Under the pieces are notes generated by a model. It searched no databases. It worked only from the letters and a program-made list of their open reading frames with translations, and had not been told where the DNA came from. DNA of 64,000 nucleotides from the NCBI RefSeq assembly GCF_022045235.1, contig NW_027266297.1, positions 72,044,001 through 72,108,000 of the forward strand, read 5' to 3'. A program made the translations under genes and the position numbers. This stretch comes from Haliotis cracherodii. Its lineage: Eukaryota. This document shows positions 50,730 to 64,000 of the stretch, piece after piece; the stretch's first letter is position 1; each line of letters starts with the position of its first letter.

Positions 50730-52857
50730 TGAACCGCGTAGACGTACACAGTGACGACTGGGCCACCCGTGCCCCCTGATAATGAATGAATGAATGGGTG
50801 GATGGATGAATGAATGAATGAATGAATGAATGAATGAAGCCATTTTCTCCAGAATTTACAACGGAAAATTTACAATATCTCTGATATTCTCAGATCAAAG
50901 GCATGGTGATAATATTTACATTCATAGGTGCATTATTAACACAAGGTATATACATATATATTCAACATCAGCTACGGAGCTATAGCTATGCAACAGATGT
51001 AAAGTGTGGATAATCTAACATAGCTTTCAAATTTAACATATTATCACAGAAAAATGATGCTATGCTTTCCCAAATGCGCTGGTTCATAATTCCAGATTGC
51101 ATTTGAACCGAGCACTGGGATAGTACAAGCATATCATTCTCTTCCAGAAGTTCAATTTGAAAAACGTAACTTTTAACATCCAAGGGTTGAGAACAGTTCA
51201 TTTCGATCAGTAATAAAATATTCACAGTGTAAATGTAAATGTCAAAGGCATATCTGCCACATTTAGAACATTCTCTAGATGACTAAGCCTAGAAGTTATC
51301 TAAGTGAGTACTGGATGTAATATGTATGATGAGAAGTTTCCATAATACACGTAAACCGAGGAGCAACGGCAATTGTACCTCTTAGTAGGTTTATCATATG
51401 TTTCATGTTCAAGTTAGCGATAATATAGCTGAAAGAATACTTCTACATGGTTTTATTTTACTATACTATTAAATATAACATAAATATAATAATATCGCAT
51501 ATGCACAGCTGATGGTATCAATCTCTTTGCTTTTTTTAAACATGGTAGGGGCGTGTGGTTGCATAAATTCATTTCTTACCCCAGTCTTCATTGAACCAAT
51601 ATATTTTTACACAAAATTACCACAAACCAAATTTTACAAACTGGTCCAGGAATATGTAATGGTTAATACACATAAGCAAATAAACAACAGTTCTGAAAAT
51701 TTTCAATTACTCAAAAAATAAAACTCGGTATAGTTTCATTTGCCCCAAAGTTTAGTTTAAATTTGTTTCAAATCAACCAGTTTCTGAGTTTCCACCGATC
51801 ACTCACTCACTCATGCACCCACCTACTCACTCACTCACTTTTAGTTTCCTACGCATCAGTAGAAGAGTCTTTTCACTGCGTATACACAAAACCTCGACCT
51901 CGCCATGCATATGGTGTACTGCAGTGGACGAGACAGAGTAGCGTTATCGTTTAAAACAGTGGCTACAGAAAATAAACGACAAACTGATATTATATCGTGG
52001 AACAGTTATTCAGTGCCCCGGTCATGTATTCCTCTTCTTACAGCAAGACTCTCAACTCACTAATACTTCCTAGATTAAAATTTCGTTAACTCAAAAAGCT
52101 TATAGAGGACCTCTGGCAGCATTACTACCGTACGCTTCGTTCTTTGTGCAGTAGGCCCCCGATGCAGTGTGCAACAGATGAACATCGCAGCAACATATAT
52201 CAAGTAGTATGTTTGTCATTTGCACACCAATGCGTGTATATGTTGTGCGGGACCGACCAATTAATACCCTTGGATTCTGTATGGAGACAAGATATTTTTC
52301 GGCTACATCACTAACACCTGATATTTTATTAAAAGTAAAACCATGTGCCTGAATATATTTTTGATAAAGCAGTTCGGAAAATTTATTTTTAGTGGCAGAA
52401 AATATCTTTCTTTTTTTCAACAATCTGAAGCATAATTATATTTTCAAGAGTTTTCTGGGATAATTTCTCTTTTCTATGAAATCCAAGAACCCCTCGAAGT
52501 CGGCTCCTAAGCGAGAGTGATTATTGCCATACAAATCGAACAGTCGTATCTCACCTTTTTATACATCTGGATTTCACTGTAATGTATGCTGAACAAACGA
52601 ACTTAAGATGCCATCACGACGCCAGGAGTCCCTTCCTAATGATACGGGGAACTGTTTTTAACGAATTTGAATATCCGAATGAAAACGGCCTTCGCTTAAA
52701 ATGGATGTTATAGACAGGCCATGATGTTGCGAGCACTTTGTTTCTTTCGTGGAGCAACCTCCGTCTGTCAATCAAGAGTCCACAATACTATCGGGGATTC
52801 CGAGTAACGGTGAATTGTCGGATATCTTGGTGCTGATGACGTTTTATCATTTTGTAT

Positions 52858-52947
52858 TCAACATGTGTAGCCGAAGTAGTCAACATGTGTGGCCGAAGTA
52901 GTCAACATGTGTAGCCGAAGTAGTCAACATGTGTAGCCGAAGTAGTC
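52858..52947. repeat. 22-bp tandem repeat x4
   Basis: caacatgtgtagccgaagtagt. Confidence 0.9.
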
Positions 52948-54469
52948 ATCGTTTATTTATTTATTAAGGTCTTTGGGTTGGGTTTTTTTATTAATTGTTT
53001 GACATAACTGCGCAAAACAGCGCTTTCTTAGAGTGAGGCTTTACCAAGGGAGGTAGATTCTCTTTGAACGGAAATTCAAGCCATATTAGCATGATACGTA
53101 TTCTTACCTGACGTCCAGGTTTAAGAAAGCCGGACCCTACTAAATGTATTTTATGGACTGCTCTGACTATTCAGTCGGGTTGATATGGTAACCGTTTGGT
53201 TAAAGTGCCACATATCACGGTTCGATTCCCAATACATGCGCAAAGAGTGAAACTCATCGCCGTTCCCATAACTGGTATTGCTGGAATGTCACTGAAATCG
53301 GCGTAAGACATAATTACTTATCCATTGACAAAAGTGGCAGACATTTTTTAAACTTTATTCCCCAGTAAAGCTCTTTACTATTTTCGTAGTGAGACTATAT
53401 CTTAATGTTATTGTGTATCTGGTATTTGAAGGTATAACTAATAGCGGTCTTCAGCAATATAAACTGACACGTCAGTCCTCCTTGTAGCAACAAAGAAACC
53501 CTTCCCAACACGACCCATAGTGATGTCATATACATATCACCTGTGACAGGTCTGAAGCTCTAAGGCAACCCTGTGAAGATCTGCATCTTGAAGAGTGCTG
53601 GCCAATAAGACGAACGGTTCCTTATACAAGAAGCCGTTGATTGACACGGGTGTCAGTGACTCACGGGTTCTCTGCTTACGAAGATCATCGAATGCGGATG
53701 TGTACATGCAAGTCTCCCTGTATCCCTAGAGGGCGCTTCTTGACTAGCCTGACAGTTAGCATGTGGGCGATTCCACTTCATCCTGTTAACAAAGTGGACC
53801 TTTTTATCAAAGCATGGCTACAAAGCTGCAAGAAAATCAAGGACATTAAATAGGACTTTTAGATGCGCATTGTGAAGTGTTTTGGAGACTTAAGGGCTTT
53901 AGACACAAGTCTAAATTCAATTACAAATAAGTTCCTAACTTCAAAGAGTCGGTGACATATTTCTTGGATTTTCCTTTGCCGGTACTTATCTCCAAATTAA
54001 GCCTTCGGTTTATATAATCATTGCATCGTTAAAACGATCAAACATTGAACTCTCTAAGGGTCTCTTAAGTTTATTTATGGTGACGATACACTACAATTTC
54101 AAATAAATGTCCCTCCCTGCTTAAGTAGCATTGGTTGATGGGTACCACCAGAGCACATAACTCGCCTGGCTTTCATTCTTTGTAAAACTTATACAATCGT
54201 AAAACAACTATCCTTTTCATATAATACAGACCGTACTTAAGACATCCGGATACGTCTTTGATATCCTCCGAACACGTCATCCCTTAATGGATAGTGATAG
54301 CACATATTTGGACAAGACAAACATGACCGTGACATGTTCATTAACTGTGATATTCAGCCAACGTCGCCATGGGAGGTCTACGACCTTAACTGGGTACTGA
54401 TCTACCAAACGCCTTGCCTTACCATAGGTCATGAAATGAGAGGTTACATCTTCATACCTACACACATAG

Positions 54470-55110
54470 CAGTTGCCAGCGCTTCATTGTATTCTAGCTT
54501 ACACGCTGCAGAGGTCTCTGGGTGGTTGTGTGTTCCCCAATTTCAGCTGCCTGCGCTTCAGCAGACACTGCATTCTAGCTTACATCCTGCAGAGGTCTGT
54601 GGGTGGTCGTGTGTTCCCAAATTTCAGCTGCCTGCGCTTCAGCAGACACTCCATTCTAGCTTACATCCTGCAGAGGTCTGTGGGTGGTTGTGTGTTCCCC
54701 AATTTCAGCTGCCTGCGCTTCAGCAGACACTCCATTCTAGCTTACATCCTGCAGAGGTCTGTGTATGGTTGTGTGTTACATGTTACAGCTGCCTGCGCTT
54801 CAGCAGACACTGCATTCTAGCTTACATCCTGCAGAGGTATGTGTATGGTTGTGTGTTACATGTTACAGCTGCCTGCACTTCAGCAGACACTGCATTCTAG
54901 CTTACATCCTGTAGAGGTCTGTGTGTGGTTGTGTGTTCCCCAATTTCAGCTGCCTGCGCTTCAGCAGACACTGCATTCTAGCTTACATCCTGCAGAGGTC
55001 TGTGGGTGGTTGTGTGTTCCCCAATTTCAGCTGCCTGCACTTCAGCAGACACTGCATTCTAGCTTACATCCTGCAGAGGTCTGTGGGTGGTTGTGTGTTC
55101 CCCAATTTCA
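54470..55110. repeat. About 78-bp minisatellite, about 8 copies
   Basis: cagctgcctgcgcttcagcagacactgcattctagcttacatcctgcagaggtctgtgggtggttgtgtgttccccaattt units. Confidence 0.95.
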
Positions 55111-55329
55111 TCTGACGTCATGTAGAGGTCTGTGTGTGTTCCTATATCACAGTTGCCCGCACGTCAGCAAACTCTTTCGGCTCTTACTTGATATTATTGC
55201 TTCAACATTCAGTAGATATTACCGTTTTCTCATGCCTTGTTTTGATGATGGAAACATTATGTCATGTGAACATCACATTAATTTCAGAAAGTTAATGTAA
55301 CGGACAAAAGTCGGGAAACCTCTGAGATA

Positions 55330-55625
55330 TACTCTTCTTTGACAATATTTAAAAATTATTTCGTGAATTTCGACAATAACAATGTCCGATGCAATTCCCT
55401 ATTTTGACTTGTACCTTTTGTCCTCGTGGGTTTTTTCAGATTAACTGACTTGCCTTTGCATGTGTTTGTGACGGGTGTCACATTAGGGGCAGGATACGCT
55501 AACCTTTTCGTGAACACCTATTTGATGGTGATTCCTAAACATTCCCACATGATAAAGTCGAAATCGTACTACCGACTCTTCATTTAGCATCTTTTGAATA
55601 TGGAAAGGGTTTTGTTGCTTTTATT
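55330..55625 (-). repeat. Family E copy, reverse orientation
   Basis: tgcaattccctattttgacttg...gtgacgggtgtcacattaggggcaggatacgct. Confidence 0.8.
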
Positions 55626-57277
55626 TACACATAAATTCACACGGTCTATCTAAAACTCTTGTGGTTGAGGCGTCTTGACGAAACCCCTTGATTACCTGGG
55701 TTCATTATTAAAATTTACCTTTCAAAACTATATTTATGCATTGGTGATGTTATTGTATCATATTCGCTGTTTGACAATCTTCCTCTGTTTGAAATTATGT
55801 TTTATGATTTCGCTACTTCGTCCTAACCCCAACGTGCTTTGCTGCCACCCTCTGATAGAGTGCTTTGTGCGGCCAATGGGGGAATGCCTATACTGGCTCC
55901 CAGTAGGGGAGTGGATATTGTGTTTCTTTTACGCAAATTAAAGATTGTCGTGGTATTAACTAGGCAGCCGGAATTATTTCATTCTTTTTGCGTCCAATTG
56001 ATTAGTTCCATCAATGTGTCGACAATACAAGTCACCGTTGTGTGTTTGAATGTGAGTGATTAGGAGGCCGACTGGAGCTACATTTTCTGATCCTTTTGTA
56101 TGTTTCAATAAAGGGGGAATAATTATGTGCAAATGAATGCGGCGAAACTCATATCATAGCATAAGAAGTATCGGCGAAATGCCGAGTCCATTGTACTATT
56201 CCGACTATCTCCTATTCAACATGTGTAAATCTAGGAAAGGCAAATAGTGATGATACGAGGTGTCATAAGCTTTAGTATTTCCCTCATTGTAAAATGTTAA
56301 TTACGTAAAAAGGTTTAAACCTGTTCACATTTAATATTAAGCCGTGTACAAGCAGTGTAACAGTACATACTTAACAGAAACATTTTCGCATGAGGACTTT
56401 CAGATTGGAACATGTACTGCCACTGAGTTCTTTTCGAGACTATTATATTTGTACAAAAGCGTGCTTAATGCTGCAAGTAATGCATTGATCCATTGGAGTG
56501 TCCATACTGGCAGTGCCCTTTAAGGCTTTTATAGGCGTATTTGCTGAACGATCAGCGGTAACAGTGTATATTGTTTGGAAGAACCGCTTTGGGCTTTGCC
56601 ACTGAGCAAGTCATTTCATTCATAAAACACCCACGCACATAACTGGACAAGTAAATATTGATATGACTTCTAACGTAACCGAGAGATGAAGATGAGTTTA
56701 AGGATGCTAAATCTGTTCAGCATCTTTGATCATTATCACCTTTTCTGGCAGTCTGTGTTCTGTCTAACCGTAAATGAAGCGAAGCTTTTATTGCTGATTT
56801 CGAAGCAGTGTATTTCTTAAGCCACCCATTTTAATAACCGCGTTCATAATTACAGTACCTCGTTAAAAGAACATTATCGCTTCTCCGCACATGTAATGAT
56901 ATTGTACATGCAAATGTTAAGTACTGTAGAATTGATTTTTACTTAATGTAATTGATAGTTTGAGACCGAAAATTATTTACCAGGCTTCATTTTGTATAAG
57001 CATGTTAATTCCATCGAAGAATAACACACAGAGACGTATATTGATCGCCTTGTCAACGTTCACTATAATGAACACGGTGTCATTTTGGTTTCATGGATTA
57101 TTTCATAAAGTTTCTTTATATTTAATACCCTTGTGGTTCAGGTGAAGCCGTGGTGAAGTTATTGTGAAGTCATGGTGAAGTCATGGTGAAGTCCGGTTTT
57201 GATTCCCCACAATGTGTGGAGCTCGTGACTAATCCTGGTTTCCTCCACCGTCATGTGTCTGGACACACGCGGCGACA

Positions 57278-57564
57278 TTGATTGATTGACTGTTGTTTAA
57301 CGCCGCACTCAGCAATATTACAGCTATATGACAGCGGTCTATAAATAATCGAGTCTGGACCAGACAATCCAGTGATTGACATCATGAGCATCTATCCACG
57401 CATTTAGGATACGATGACATGCATCAAGTTCAAGTTCAAGTTCATCAACCAAGTCAGCGAGCCTGACCACCCGATCCCGTTAGTCGCCTCTTAAGACAAG
57501 CATAGTCGCCTTTTACAGCAAGCATGAGTTGCTGAAGACCTATTATACCCCGGATCTTCACGGG
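57278..57564 (-). mobile_element. Family A copy
   Basis: Full length, with a duplicated internal hairpin module. Confidence 0.88.
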
Positions 57565-57904
57565 CAACAAGCTCACCTACCCGCTTCATATACCCGTAGC
57601 ATCACCGTATGAGTATTGACTTTTAACAGTGTATCTCATCAAGAGAAAACATCTATGGAATTATATATGACCGTTTGTTATTTCCAGTTAACAGTGTGAA
57701 AGATATTTAATTACATATGCATAAATATAATAGTATCTCCACCGAAACCCTTCTGGGTTGCATGTGAATTGTGGGTCATTGTGAAAAAGGTTGTCTATAA
57801 AACCCGCTTGGCACACCATGGCTTCACGATCCGCCGCCAGCTCTGGCGTACATCACGCCTCGACCTGTATGTCAAGGGACTAAAAACCACATGGAGAGAG
57901 ATTT

Positions 57905-58400
57905 TAAAACCATATGTAGGGACTGTATAACCATATGTAGGGTTTTTTATAACCATATATAGGGGTCTTTATAATCATATGTAGGGGACTTTATAACCAT
58001 TTGTAGAGGGACTTTATAACCATATGTAGAGGGACTTTATAACCATATGAAGGGGACTTTACAACCATACGTAGGGGGTTTTATAACCTTGTATTAGGGG
58101 GACAATATAACGATCCATAGGAAACTATATAATGTATGTAGGGGAATATATAATCATATGTATGGGCTCTATACCAATATTTAGGGACTATATAACCATG
58201 TATAGGAGATATATAACTTTATGCAGGCGGACTATATAACCGTATACAAGAGGATATATAACGATATGCAAGGGTCTGTATAACCATATAGAGGAGGTAT
58301 ATAACCAAAACATACGATGAATATATATCCATATGCAGGGACTGTATAACCATATATAGGTGTTATATATATATATATATATAGGGGGACTATATAACCA
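57905..58400. repeat. Degenerate minisatellite of about 21-23 bp (gggactttataaccatatgta)
   Basis: Tandem units. Confidence 0.85.
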
Positions 58401-59079
58401 TACGTTGGTTTGTGTGATACCTACAAGCTGACGCTTAAAAGCTAGAAACACGCTTTCTACAAACTACAACGTCAGTATTGTTCTGGGATTTTAATATTCG
58501 TATGAGTGTTATTGTGCTTGGTTGACATAGTTCCACGTGACTTCTTCTGCTTTTACAACACAACTGTGAGTTCATGGAACAGGTATGCCACCCACTCCTT
58601 CATGCAGGTTGGAGTTTTAATCATTGGAACTTACTGTTTCCCAATCGGTCCAATCATTACATTTCTGAACATGTATTATAACCAAAACATGAACTAATTT
58701 TGAATATTTCCAATAATACATTTTCCAACGTTCATAGATATTTCAGTGAAGCAAAAGTATTGTTGTATTGTTTTCCATATATGCATGTTAGCGTATTTCT
58801 CTCTATATTTCTTCGTGTGTACTCTTGTTGTTCCCGTCTGAACCAGACAGAGCTAAAAGCTTCAAAGAAGCACTTGACGTGGCCTAATTTATCCTGTAGT
58901 CATTGGTTCCTTAACTCCGATAACACGGAGAGTAGACACGATTTACGGAAACCTACTTTCCCGTCTGTGACAGTGACGTCATGGGGACTGTCTTGATTCG
59001 CTGTTTCATCTAATGCGCACGGCGGCGGTGCACACGTGTCCGTATCAACGCCAGCATACAACATGTACCTGTATATGTT

Positions 59080-59540
59080 AAGGGTGCACGGTATCACCGA
59101 TATATCGATAAGCTGAGGTTCATTCTTTCCACGATATTCATCACAATATCATGTTTTAATGCTCGGTATATCGGTTGATTTCAAATAGCGATTTTTATCA
59201 TTTGTTTATGTTATACACTTGCCAAATAAATGTATCTTCGAAATGTTTCCGTAATTTCAAAATGGAGTTCTTCTGCGATGAGTTCTGTGGCAAGATGTGT
59301 AACACCAAGTCAACACAGTCCCGGCGCGTGCATCCGTGCGTATTTATTGAATGAGTAAACATTATGCTGTTCCAGCATCTTGTTTTGTTCCATTTATGAT
59401 CTTAAATTCCTGCATTGATGTTTCAAATTGCTTCTGAATTCAAAATTTTGAATAATGCAATATCTTATGATACGTATCGAATACGGCCTTGGGCATTGTA
59501 AAATATTGTGATACACGTTCAACATCCAGTACCAACCCTA
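59080..59540. mobile_element. Possible hAT-like MITE
   Basis: Ends agggtgcacggtat... / ...gtaccaacccta with subterminal cgata/gatac motifs; no clear 8-bp TSD. Confidence 0.35.
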
Positions 59541-59609
59541 GTAAATATAAAACTCAACGCCAGAGGATAAGCAGTCTCGATTATCTATCGAAACAGACTC
59601 CACTGTGCG

Positions 59610-59712
59610 CAAAAGGTAAAAATAGTTGTGACAATTATACGAATCGATACCTGAAAATCAGTGATGACACCAGGTGTTCGCGCAAAGGATGGCCGGTAGC
59701 ACCCGCCATGCA
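59610..59712 (+). repeat. Family E partial copy
   Basis: gtgatgacaccaggtgttcgcgcaaagg...gcacccg. Confidence 0.6.
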
Positions 59713-60142
59713 CACAATCTGCATCACACAAAACGATGCATTAGCGGTAATCTCTTCAGTGCTTACGCGCCCCATGTATTAATGCGTTGTCCTTGTCCAG
59801 TGTTTAACACCATATGAGCATTCCCGCCATCTATAATGTAATATCACATGCGTATTGAAACTAATGATATAACACAACGATCTGAACATAACAAGTCAAG
59901 TGAGACGACAGTACACGGAGTGTCGATGTTATTTACGACCTCCCCACAGTCGATACCGGCCGCCAGTTGCTGGTGGTCCTCATAGTCTATCAAGCGCCGC
60001 ATCACACCGATCACGGGGTAATGGATGTCGTGTTTTAACCACCCGTATCTATTTGGACCCAGAAGAATGCATATCTATCATAGGTATTTCAAAATGATAT
60101 CATAAAACATAAAACTTCCTGGAAACGTATTACATACTTTGT

Positions 60143-60347
60143 AGTGAGTGAGTGAGTGAGTGAGTGAGTGAGTGAGTGATTGAGTGATTGAGTGATTGAG
60201 TGAGTGAGTGAGTGAGTGAGTGAATATTCCAGCAATGTCACGGCAGGGGACACCAGAAATGGGCTTCACACATTGTAATGTAGTGAATCGGACCCCGGTC
60301 TTCGGCGTGACGAGCGAACGCTTAAACCTCTAGGCTACCCCACCGCC
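60143..60347 (-). mobile_element. SINE family B copy with expanded (GAGT)n tail
   Basis: Match to B. Confidence 0.88.
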
Positions 60348-60582
60348 TTCTTGGCTTTATATTTACACTGGAAAATAAATAATTGAACATTTTAGAAAGA
60401 CGAAGTATGTTTTTACATTTGTAACGGAAATGCTAGAAATAGTAAATAATTATAAATGGCTTGGTCTCTGTTAAGAGAGCATTTAGATTTTAGCAATGGC
60501 AGTAAAGGGGCTAAATCTGATTGAGATAATAGGCGGAATGCAATATGATACATAATTGAAATTCAATGATGCTATAGTATGG

Positions 60583-61481
60583 TCAGAGCTGATGTAACAA
60601 TTAACATCTACAGATAGAACAGACGTAACAATTAACATCTACAGATTGGGCTGCGTAACAATTAATATCTACAGAGAGTGTAGACGTAACAATTAATATC
60701 TACAGATTGAGCTGACGTAACAATTAATATCTGCAGATTGAGCTGGCGTAACAATTAATATCTGCAGATTGAGCTGGCGTAACAATTAATATCTGCAGAC
60801 TGAGCTGGCGTAACAATTAATATCTACAGATTGAGCTGACGTAACAATTAATCTCGACAGATTGAGCTGACGTAACAATTAATATCTACTGATTGAGCTG
60901 GCGTAACAATTAATATCTGCAGATTGAGCTGGCGTAAAAATTAATCTCGAAAGAGAGTGTAGACGTAACAATTGATGTCTACAGATTGAGCTGGCGTAAC
61001 AATTAATATCTGCAGATTGAGCTGGCGTCACAATTAATATCTACAGATTAAGCTGACGTAACAATTAATCTCGACAGATTGGGCTGCGGAACAATTAGTC
61101 TCGACAGATTGAAATGGCGTCACAATTAATGTCTACAGATTGAGCTGGCGTAGGAATTAATATCTACAGAGAGTGTACACGTAACAATGAATATCTACTA
61201 CAGATTGAGCTGGCGTAACAATTAGTATCTACAGGTTGAGCTGACGTAACAATTAATGGCTACAGATTGAGCTGACGTAACAATGAATATCTGCAGATTG
61301 AGCTGGCGTAACAATTTATATCTACAGGTTGAGCTGGCGTAACAATTAATGTCTACAGATTGAGCTGACGTAAGAATTAATGTCTACAGATTGAGCTGGC
61401 GTAACAATTAATATCTACAGACTGAGCTGGCGTAACAATTAATCTCGACAGAGAGTGTAGACGTAAAAATTAATGTCTACA
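60583..61481. repeat. 31-bp minisatellite (gattgagctggcgtaacaattaatatctaca), about 29 copies
   Basis: Tandem units. Confidence 0.95.
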
Positions 61482-62365
61482 AATATAAGAGTGCTGTTTA
61501 TTCGACGAAATACCTCTTAAGCCCGACCACACGTTCGCTATTCACTGGTACACGCTTTGTTTACAATGGGTGCTCGTTAATGCGCCACTCTGCCTTGAAC
61601 GATTCAAATTGCTATTCTTTCTAAATATTTAATATGTAATCATAAACCCATTAATAGGTACTAGAATATTATCATACGACTTTCACCCACCCCCGGGGAG
61701 CATTAAGTATTCAATGTTGTTCTCGACGCAGGTACTTGAGACAGCCCAGTGCTTCTTTCCCACACAACTTATATCAGCCGTACGTAGGTGTATAGTCGGA
61801 TCAGCAGCAACAGGAAATCTGTATTAACTGTTCCGTGTCGATAAGTTGATATACAGCCCCTTTTTCCCCACCGTCGTGAATAAATAATGATCGGAATCTT
61901 GCTCAACTCCATGCGCGGTGGCACATGACAGACTGCCGATGTTAGAACTCGTGGGACAGTATGTTGTGCACGTGGGACAGTATGTCATTATTCGTGCCCC
62001 TAGCCTCGTGTTTGTACACGTTCTATGCTAATAGTTGCTTGTTTAATGACTGTGATCAATACTGACGCGCTACCAATGTTAACGATGCACGCCCTACAAA
62101 TACACATGGGTAAATACCCGGTGTTAGGTGCATTAAACGCCAGTCACTTTGTTTTGGTCGTGATTTGTCGGTGGCGTCTGTTTGTGGTTCGATACGGCCT
62201 TATAGAGCGCAAATAAACACGGCATTTCAACATGCGAAATTGAACAGAAGAGAATGGATTTACGTAGATCTAGCGTGGACATGCTGAAGTGTAGTTATAT
62301 TTAATTTAGTATGTGCTTTTTGCCATCAGTAGAACACGAAGGGCACATAAGTGGGATATGCAATA

Positions 62366-62601
62366 TTTGTTTGTTTGTTTGTTTAACGCCGCACTCAGCA
62401 ATATTCCAGCTATATGACGTCGGTCTGTAAATAATCGAGTCTCGACCAGACAATCAAGTGATTGATATTATGAACATCGATTAACGCAATTGGGATCGAA
62501 GACATGCATCAACCAAGTCAGCGAGCCTGACCACACGATCCCGTTACAGCATAGTCGCCTTTTATGACAAGCATGGGTTGCTGAAGACCTATTCTACCCT
62601 G
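62366..62601 (-). mobile_element. Family A copy at the edge of the 25-bp array
   Basis: One array unit lies left of the SINE at 62341-62359. Confidence 0.88.
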
Positions 62602-62978
62602 GGGGATATACACTAGGGCACATAAGTGAGATATATATTAGGGCACATAAGTGAAATATACACTAGGGCACATAAGTGAGATATACACTAGGGCACATAA
62701 GTGGGATATATATTAGGGCACATAAGTGGGATATACATTAGGGCACATACGTGGGATATACACTAGGGCACATACGTGGGATATACACTAGGGCACATAC
62801 GTGGTATATACATTAGGGCACATAAGTGGTATATACACTAGGGCACATAAGTGGGATATACATTAGGGCACATAAGTGGGATATACACTAGGGCACATAA
62901 GTGGTATATACACTAGGGCACATACGTGGGATATACATTAGGGCACATAAGTGGGATATACACTAGGGCACATAAGTA
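62602..62978. repeat. 25-bp minisatellite (gggcacataagtgggatatacacta), about 15 copies
   Basis: Tandem units. Confidence 0.95.
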
Positions 62979-63904
62979 GCAGACACTCTTGGGCATCACA
63001 ATTAACAGAATATACATCAATCTAGATTAACACATGATGATACAGGGGTTAGAACATTAAGACAGCTCATACACTATAATCCTGGAATGTGTTCCTATCA
63101 CCGCCTCATGGTTCCAGAGATGTGGCTTGTAAAGTGCAGAGGTATTTGGTTAGCGTATATTCGCACACGCACACAAGCTTCAGAAACGTTTTAAATATTG
63201 CGTTTATAGTAATAAGCCCCGGCCAACCAGACTCACGTCTGCACGCGGCTGTGAATCAGTTACCATTGATTGTTTGTTACGCTAGAGTCGTAATATTCCG
63301 GAAAATTGTAAATAATGGGTCCTTTTTGTCTTTGACCGTGCACCAGCTAACTGAATTATGGAAATGACAGACCTTCTTTTCGCCCTGGCATTTACCTTGA
63401 TGATGGAACAATTTCATGAAAAATGCGTGTCGCCGGCGGGATTCGAACCCGCGAAGTAGGCACCGAAGCCTGACGAATGTTGTCTTCTGCCTCGGCGACT
63501 TATAGTTTATCCGTTTTTGAACTGCGAAATATGTTTTATGCAGTAGGTTATATGTTACTGTATGCATTATACCTACGTGTGATTTGGTAACTTTTCATTT
63601 TACGAAACGAACAGATAAAAAAGAAATCACTATTATCTTGATCAGGGCTATGTTTGTTAACTACATGGGCAGGTAATATCTAAGTGATTGATAAATGTGC
63701 TAGAGTTGGTCCAAAATGAATGCTATACTTGCCCCGGGCCATGCATTTCGCAACCCGAGTCGGCAAAGTGCGAGATGTACGTGCGGAAGGCTTGCGGAAC
63801 ATTTTCACGTGCATCACGCACAAGTGTCCTCACAGCTGGGCAGAGAGTTCCTAAATATCTTCCACAAACCCATCAACAAAACAATGTTTCTCAATCATTT
63901 TAGA

Positions 63905-64000
63905 GACCGTCTCCGTGGTCTAGTGGTAGAGTGTCCGCCCGCAGAGCGGAAGTTTCGGGGTTCGACCCCTGCCGCCTTTTACCAAAAGATGTTGAAAGAT
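63905..64000 (+). mobile_element. tRNA-derived SINE head, probably Meta-domain type, truncated by the window end
   Basis: A box TGGTCTAGTGG and B box GGTTCGACCCC, followed by taccaaaagatgttgaaagat, which resembles the start of the Meta domain. Confidence 0.6.

Noticed and set aside
54334-55300. 26-aa repeat ORFs
   Set aside because: They are products of the 78-bp minisatellite, with frame switches between units.
55468-55530. SECIS element in the family E core
   Set aside because: It lacks the 3' GA of the non-Watson-Crick quartet and a clear apical AA, and there is no associated ORF.

Overview
This is AT-rich, repeat-dense animal genomic DNA. The SINE repertoire suggests a mollusc, possibly a gastropod such as abalone, but that is inference from recall. 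There are two assembly gaps. I found no intact protein-coding gene; the long ORFs in the track come from tandem repeats or N gaps. The window holds: a near-complete but frameshifted Tc1 transposon (5472-6852); remnants of a second Tc1, an Academ-like DNA transposon and CR1/L2-like LINEs; three abundant SINE-like families (here A, B, C) that share one 3' tail; about 11 copies of an unclassified dispersed repeat (E); about 11 unrelated minisatellites; and three Penelope-like (PLE) fold-back insertions with hammerhead-type cores. A CpG-rich promoter-like island at about 16.1-16.6 kb, followed by a splice donor, suggests much of the downstream window is a large first intron. The best candidate for something undescribed is family D (20093-20433 and 27023-27215). 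It is a tRNA-like, circularly permuted element whose two independent TSD-flanked insertions share both termini and have the inverted-arm-plus-tail architecture of the neighbouring PLE insertions, so it may be a Pol III element mobilised by Penelope-like machinery. Coordinates were read by eye and may be off by a few bases.
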